In this document: one piece after another, positions 62,661-64,000 of the stretch
Position numbering within the stretch: position 1 is the stretch's first letter
Layout: each line of letters starts with the position of its first letter
From: Eledone cirrhosa
Taxonomy: Eukaryota
DNA length: 64,000 nucleotides
Direction: 5' to 3'
Assembly: GCA_964016885.1 (NCBI GenBank)
Contig: OZ024744.1
Coordinates: 64,108,001-64,172,000 of the forward strand
Notes under the pieces: model-generated
The model's database searches: none
The model's input: the letters and a program-made list of their open reading frames with translations, nothing else
Told to the model about the DNA's origin: nothing
Position numbers and translations under genes: made by a program

Positions 62661-64000
62661 TAAGTATCAAGCGAAATCAAGTTGCAGCCATCATATATAT
62701 ATATACACACACATATATATATATATTTATATAAATGAAATTTCAAAGTGAATGGAACATTTTGCTCTAAGAGTTCCCCACACTCTGAAGAAGGGATTTT
62801 TAAGTCATGAAATATTTGGATTAAAATAATAATAGTTTCTACTTTTGGCACAAGGCCAGCAATTATCCCAGTGCATTACTGGTACTTTATTTTATCGATT
62901 CCATAAGGATGAAAGGCAAAGTTAACTGCGGTGGGATTTGAACTCAGACCGCAAGTCTATGCCGCAAAGCACAATGTCTGACCCTCTACCGATACTACCA
63001 ATTTACCAACAATAATAAATACCAGGTAACAAACTTTTTTGTTGCCTTCATTTTACCATTCATTTCACATTGTCTTAGCCTTCTTAAAGATAACATATTC
63101 TTCATTATATACTATACACAATGTTTCAATCAAAATACAACATTCTATGTACTGATTAAGCACTAAACCTCGCCTTTTGTTTTCAATGTTCAACATTCAC
63201 ATACACACATATATATACATAAGTGTGTGTGTATCTAAAATGTAAATGTTTGAAATTTTTCTTTGTCAAATTGTTAAGCTTCTCAGATTTCTATAATATT
63301 TATTTGCCTTAACATGTTCTATTTAGGTATTGTTGCTGTGAACATATCATTTATGAGTTGGCTTTGAAACAAGTATTTTTCACACATAATATCATTGTGC
63401 AGTTCTGCAACCTCTACCATTTACTTATAGCCCTGTCAAATCCCCAATGACTGTACCCGTCTCCCTCCCCAGAGCTGAGAGGGCTCTACAGTTGGGTCTA
63501 TGACGAACAATCTCCCTAGTGATGGTTCCACCCTGTACACTCTGTAAGGGTGGTTGGCGACAGGAAGGGCACCCTGCTGTAGAAAACATGACTAAAAGAG
63601 TTGTGAGGACCTTTTGGTTGTGTGAAAGACACAACCTCTCTTGTGTTGGTGATTTACTTGCGAAATGCACCTAGTACACACTGTAAAGTGGTTGGTGATA
63701 GGAAGGGCATCCAACCATTGAAAACTTGTCAAACAAAGGATTGGGAGGACCCTTTAGTTGTATCAAGGACATAACAAAATATCCCTAGTGCTAGTGATCT
63801 ACACAATAAAAGCACCAAGTATATGTTGTAAAGTGCTTGGTGCAGGAAAGGCATCTAGCCATAGAAAATTTGCCAAACAAGGAATTGAGAGGACCCTTCA
63901 GTTTGTGTTAAGACAACTTCTCCTCTGTGCTTGATATGACTGTATGTAAGCAGGATTCAGACCCTTTGACCAGTCTGGGAGATCAGTAGCTTTGCTTTAG

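Noticed and set aside
49230-64000. Divergently transcribed neighbouring host gene
   Set aside because: Every recognisable coding remnant is TE-derived. Small exons could have been missed.

Overview
AT-rich, microsatellite-laden eukaryotic genomic DNA. The repeat content (tRNA-derived SINEs, RTE LINE tails ending in (GAT)n, long TA/CA runs) suggests a coleoid cephalopod such as Octopus, but this is inference. The only host gene I can support is integrin-linked kinase (ILK) on the minus strand. Six coding exons run from the ATG at 48779 down to 1780, with GT-AG junctions and consistent phases, and cover the ankyrin repeats and the start of the PH-like/pseudokinase region. The remaining exons lie to the left of the window, and coding intron 1 is about 35.6 kb. 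The rest is a patchwork of mobile-element relics: RTE, RTE-X-like, CR1, CRE-like and Tx1-like LINEs, two SINE families, Penelope-like elements, Helitrons, a Chapaev3-like element, and hAT, piggyBac and mariner-type MITEs. The most striking unexplained pattern is a set of hammerhead-ribozyme (HHR) motifs in the ILK introns. Several lie on the ILK sense strand inside fold-back repeats that place a near-perfect antisense copy in the same pre-mRNA, and one family carries a non-canonical CAGAAGA core in all four copies. There are also several long, near-perfect inverted repeats (potential dsRNA/ADAR substrates) and a nested double palindrome just upstream of the ILK start codon.
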